A stretch of 64,000 bases of DNA from Bacteroidales bacterium (lineage in GTDB: Bacteria > Bacteroidota > Bacteroidia > Bacteroidales > PUMT01), in assembly GCA_007125955.1 (NCBI GenBank), contig SLCF01000002.1, forward strand, positions 18,627 through 82,626, read 5' to 3'. A program made the translations under genes and the position numbers. Positions within the stretch are counted from its first letter, which is position 1; each line of letters opens with the position of its first letter. The notes beneath the pieces are model-generated. The model did no database searches and was not told where the DNA came from. It worked only from the letters and a program-made list of their open reading frames with translations. Shown here piece after piece: positions 61,319 to 64,000 of this stretch.

Positions 61319-63409
61319 TCATTTACTCAACGGAACCGTAAAAATGAAGCAGCTTCCCATACCCGGCTGGCTTTCAACACGGATCTCTCCACCGTTTATC
61401 TCTACAAACTCCCTGCAGAGGATCAATCCCAATCCGGAGCCTTTTTCTCTCTCAACTCCCGAATACATCTGATTCCCCTCAATCTGGAAGATATTTTCAA
61501 GTCTCTCCTGCTCAATACCCAAACCGTTATCTTTAACACACACTTCAGCAAAACCATCTTTTTTGCATACTGAAACCGTCACCTGACCATCTTCAGGAGT
61601 ATATTTCAGTGCATTCTCAACAAGATTGCTTATGGTGCTGGATATAAGGGTTTTGTCTGCATACACAGCTATTTCGCCATTGCCCGGCTCATCAACCATG
61701 AGAGAAATATTCTTATGGTACGCAATCTTTTTTACAGCGTCGGTCTCGATTCTTACCAGCCTGCTTAAATCAAACCGTTCGGGTGTACAACTGAGCGTTC
61801 TTGTCTGGGTGGCTGACCATTGCAAAAGATTTTCAAGCAGTCTGAAAAGATTTTTTGAGGAGCGATTTATGAAGCCAACCTGCTCTTTTATCTCTTCCCG
61901 GGGCAATTCCCCGATATCACGTGCTATCTTTTCCGACGTCCCGAGCAAATGAGTAAACGGATTTTTCAGGTCATTCGCAATAATTGAAAAAAACCGGTCT
62001 TTTGTAGCATTGAGCTCTCTCAGTGAGCTGCCCGAAGCAATTAGTTTTTCATTCACCTCCTCAAGCTCAATTTTCTTATCTTTCAATATAAGGTTTGTCC
62101 TGTTTCGCAGCCTGAACCTCCATATAAAGACAACCATTATCACTGTCACAATTATCAAAGACGAAATAATAAACCAGCTCCAGGCTCTCTGTTTGCGAAG
62201 TTCCATTTCATGAACTTCATACTCTTTCTGAAGCAGCTCGATCTGTTTCTCCCTGGATTCTGTCTCGAATATATTTTTCAGGTTCTCCAGATTTGCTTCT
62301 GAATCGGCCTTGAAAATGCTGTCTTTTAAATTTATATGTATCACAAAATGTTCATGCGCCGCTCTTGCATCTCCGGCAGCTTCAAAATATTCCGAAAGGC
62401 ATCTGTGGTTATCACTTCTGATCTCGACCAGTTCCAGTTCAGAGGCAATCCCACCGCTCATTGAAATATACCTGTATGCCTCCGGCAGGTTCCCCCAGTC
62501 GAGATATACCTTACCTATACTGTTATATACTCTCGCAAGAGATACAGAATCCTGTAAACCTTTGAAAATGTCAATTGCCCTGTAGTAATTCTCCAGCGAT
62601 TCATTGTATTCCCCTTTAAGGTAATATGCCTTTGCAATACCCGAATAGGTGCTTCCCTTTTCACCATCCATGGGAAGTTCTTCCAGTATTGAAAGCAGAT
62701 CATTATAATACTCAAGCGCCCCGTCATAATCACCAAGGTCGGTTTTCAGTCTTCCAAGATGAGCAAGAGTTGATGATATCAGCTGCCGGTCGTCTGTCAT
62801 GATCTTTGCATCCAATGCCCTCGCAAGGAAATCAAGTGCTTCCCCGAACATCTGCTGCTGCATATAAAGCAATCCGATATTGTTAAGAATAATGCCCTCC
62901 CTGAGGTAATCACCTTCCTCCTGAATAATTTCGTAGGCGTCATTATAGTATTCCAGGGCTCTTTCATGATTATTCAGAAAATAGTGGACATTTCCGCTTC
63001 TGTTCAGAGCATCTGCCATTCCTGTAACCGAACCTGTAGCTTCCGCAATACCATAAGCCTCTGCAGCATATTCAAGGCTCCTTTCAAAAGAGATAAACCA
63101 GTACGAACGGGACAGTTCAAGAAGTATCCCGGCCTTTTCCCCGCCGGTACTGCTCTCAAGCAGTGTCTCAAGACTGTCAATCCTTTCGTTTTCCAGGCTA
63201 ACCGCAGTTACAGGGAAACAAAGCCACAACAACATAAATAGAACTGTATGAAAAAGTGGAGTGTATATTGCCATTGAAAAAATCCCTCTAATCCCTTTAA
63301 ATACGGAAACTTTTTCAGAAGTATTCCTGCTTCCCCGTAAAATAACACCGGTTTTACCCTGGCAATCCGGAGCAAAAAAATCTACACATATTTTTGGTAT
63401 TAGTTTCAT
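61319..63409 (-). CDS. TPR-containing membrane sensor histidine kinase-like protein with H-box His replaced by Asn
   Basis: Periplasmic TPR array, TM, coiled coil, FFSIIA-N-DLKNPF, NLVENALKY, DNGLG, GSGLGL, G.GS.F. Start is either 63409 (overlapping the upstream stop) or 63274. Confidence 0.85.
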   Translation of the reverse strand: MKLIPKICVDFFAPDCQGKTGVILRGSRNTSEKVSVFKGIRGIFSMAIYTPLFHTVLFMLLWLCFPVTAVSLENERIDSLETLLESSTGGEKAGILLELSRSYWFISFERSLEYAAEAYGIAEATGSVTGMADALNRSGNVHYFLNNHERALEYYNDAYEIIQEEGDYLREGIILNNIGLLYMQQQMFGEALDFLARALDAKIMTDDRQLISSTLAHLGRLKTDLGDYDGALEYYNDLLSILEELPMDGEKGSTYSGIAKAYYLKGEYNESLENYYRAIDIFKGLQDSVSLARVYNSIGKVYLDWGNLPEAYRYISMSGGIASELELVEIRSDNHRCLSEYFEAAGDARAAHEHFVIHINLKDSIFKADSEANLENLKNIFETESREKQIELLQKEYEVHEMELRKQRAWSWFIISSLIIVTVIMVVFIWRFRLRNRTNLILKDKKIELEEVNEKLIASGSSLRELNATKDRFFSIIANDLKNPFTHLLGTSEKIARDIGELPREEIKEQVGFINRSSKNLFRLLENLLQWSATQTRTLSCTPERFDLSRLVRIETDAVKKIAYHKNISLMVDEPGNGEIAVYADKTLISSTISNLVENALKYTPEDGQVTVSVCKKDGFAEVCVKDNGLGIEQERLENIFQIEGNQMYSGVEREKGSGLGLILCREFVEINGGEIRVESQPGMGSCFIFTVPLSK

Positions 63410-63999
63410 TTCGGTACTGTGAATTTAAATATACTTCCCATCCCCGGTGTGCTTTCAGCCCATATCCTGCCACCGTTCTTTTCAACAAATTCCTTTGAAA
63501 GGGCAAGGCCGAGACCTGTACCTTTTTCATCCTGGGTTCCCTTCTTGGACACATTATAATCCAGGCTGAACAACTTTTTAATTTCCCCCTTCTCTATACC
63601 CGTACCGTTATCTTTTACCGACACCTCAATAAACCCCCTGTCTTCCTTTGAAGAAAGCTCAACCCTGCCTCCAGTTGCGGTGAATTTTATTGAATTGCTC
63701 AGGAGGTTCCTTATCACGGTCGAAAAAAGATTTTCATCGGCAAAAACTGAGTGGCTCTCCTTTATATTATTCTTAACCTTAATATTCTTCCTTTCAGAGT
63801 GTATCTGAAGGGCCTGAACCACTTCGTCAGATACCTCTTTCAGACTGAACCAGCCTGGATCGAAATCGATGCTGCCTGTCTGGCTCCTTGACCACTGAAG
63901 GAGGTTTTCCAACAGCTGGTAAAGATTCTGTGCTGATTTATGTATTATATCAACATAGGTCTTTATCTCTTCTTTTGAAAATTCATCAATATTTTGTGA
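63406..63999 (-). CDS. Sensor histidine kinase, C-terminal part (5' end outside the window)
   Basis: Frame open to the window edge; LLENLLQWS, RNLLSNSIKF, DNGTG, GTGLGL. Confidence 0.88.
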   Translation of the reverse strand, partial: SQNIDEFSKEEIKTYVDIIHKSAQNLYQLLENLLQWSRSQTGSIDFDPGWFSLKEVSDEVVQALQIHSERKNIKVKNNIKESHSVFADENLFSTVIRNLLSNSIKFTATGGRVELSSKEDRGFIEVSVKDNGTGIEKGEIKKLFSLDYNVSKKGTQDEKGTGLGLALSKEFVEKNGGRIWAESTPGMGSIFKFTVPK

Positions 64000-64000
64000 G

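Overview
Core-genome segment of a Bacteroidota bacterium, most likely Bacteroidales. The assignment rests on the LpxC-FabZ fusion, the long PurF, GSCFA and DUF4831-like genes, and TAnnTTTG -7 promoters. In order it holds: the start of the dcw cluster (mraZ-rsmH-ftsL-ftsI-murE-mraY-murD) with a divergent acyltransferase pair resembling glycine-lipid glsA/glsB; purF, AbgT, yebC, miaB, aspS, tadA, an S9 peptidase, a short malic enzyme, pdxA and an M17 aminopeptidase; a sigma54 activator-lptE-TPR-secG-groES-groEL block; kdsB and the suf operon with queG; thiL and rimP-nusA-infB; HD-lpxD-lpxC/fabZ-lpxA; nnr, a second AbgT, an SSS symporter, xseB and two tandem histidine kinases. I found no tRNA, rRNA, CRISPR array or mobile element. 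The most notable observations are: (1) an in-frame TAA at a conserved Tyr codon in an otherwise intact sufB; (2) a candidate sigma54 stress circuit, made of a sensor-less activator, near-identical -24/-12-like elements before groES and a secreted thioredoxin, and GTCA/TGAC palindromes; (3) a TPR histidine kinase whose phospho-acceptor His is Asn; (4) clear operator-like sites (four MraZ boxes, a Fur-like box at suf) and a rimP leader hairpin. All calls come from motif reading by eye; no searches were run.
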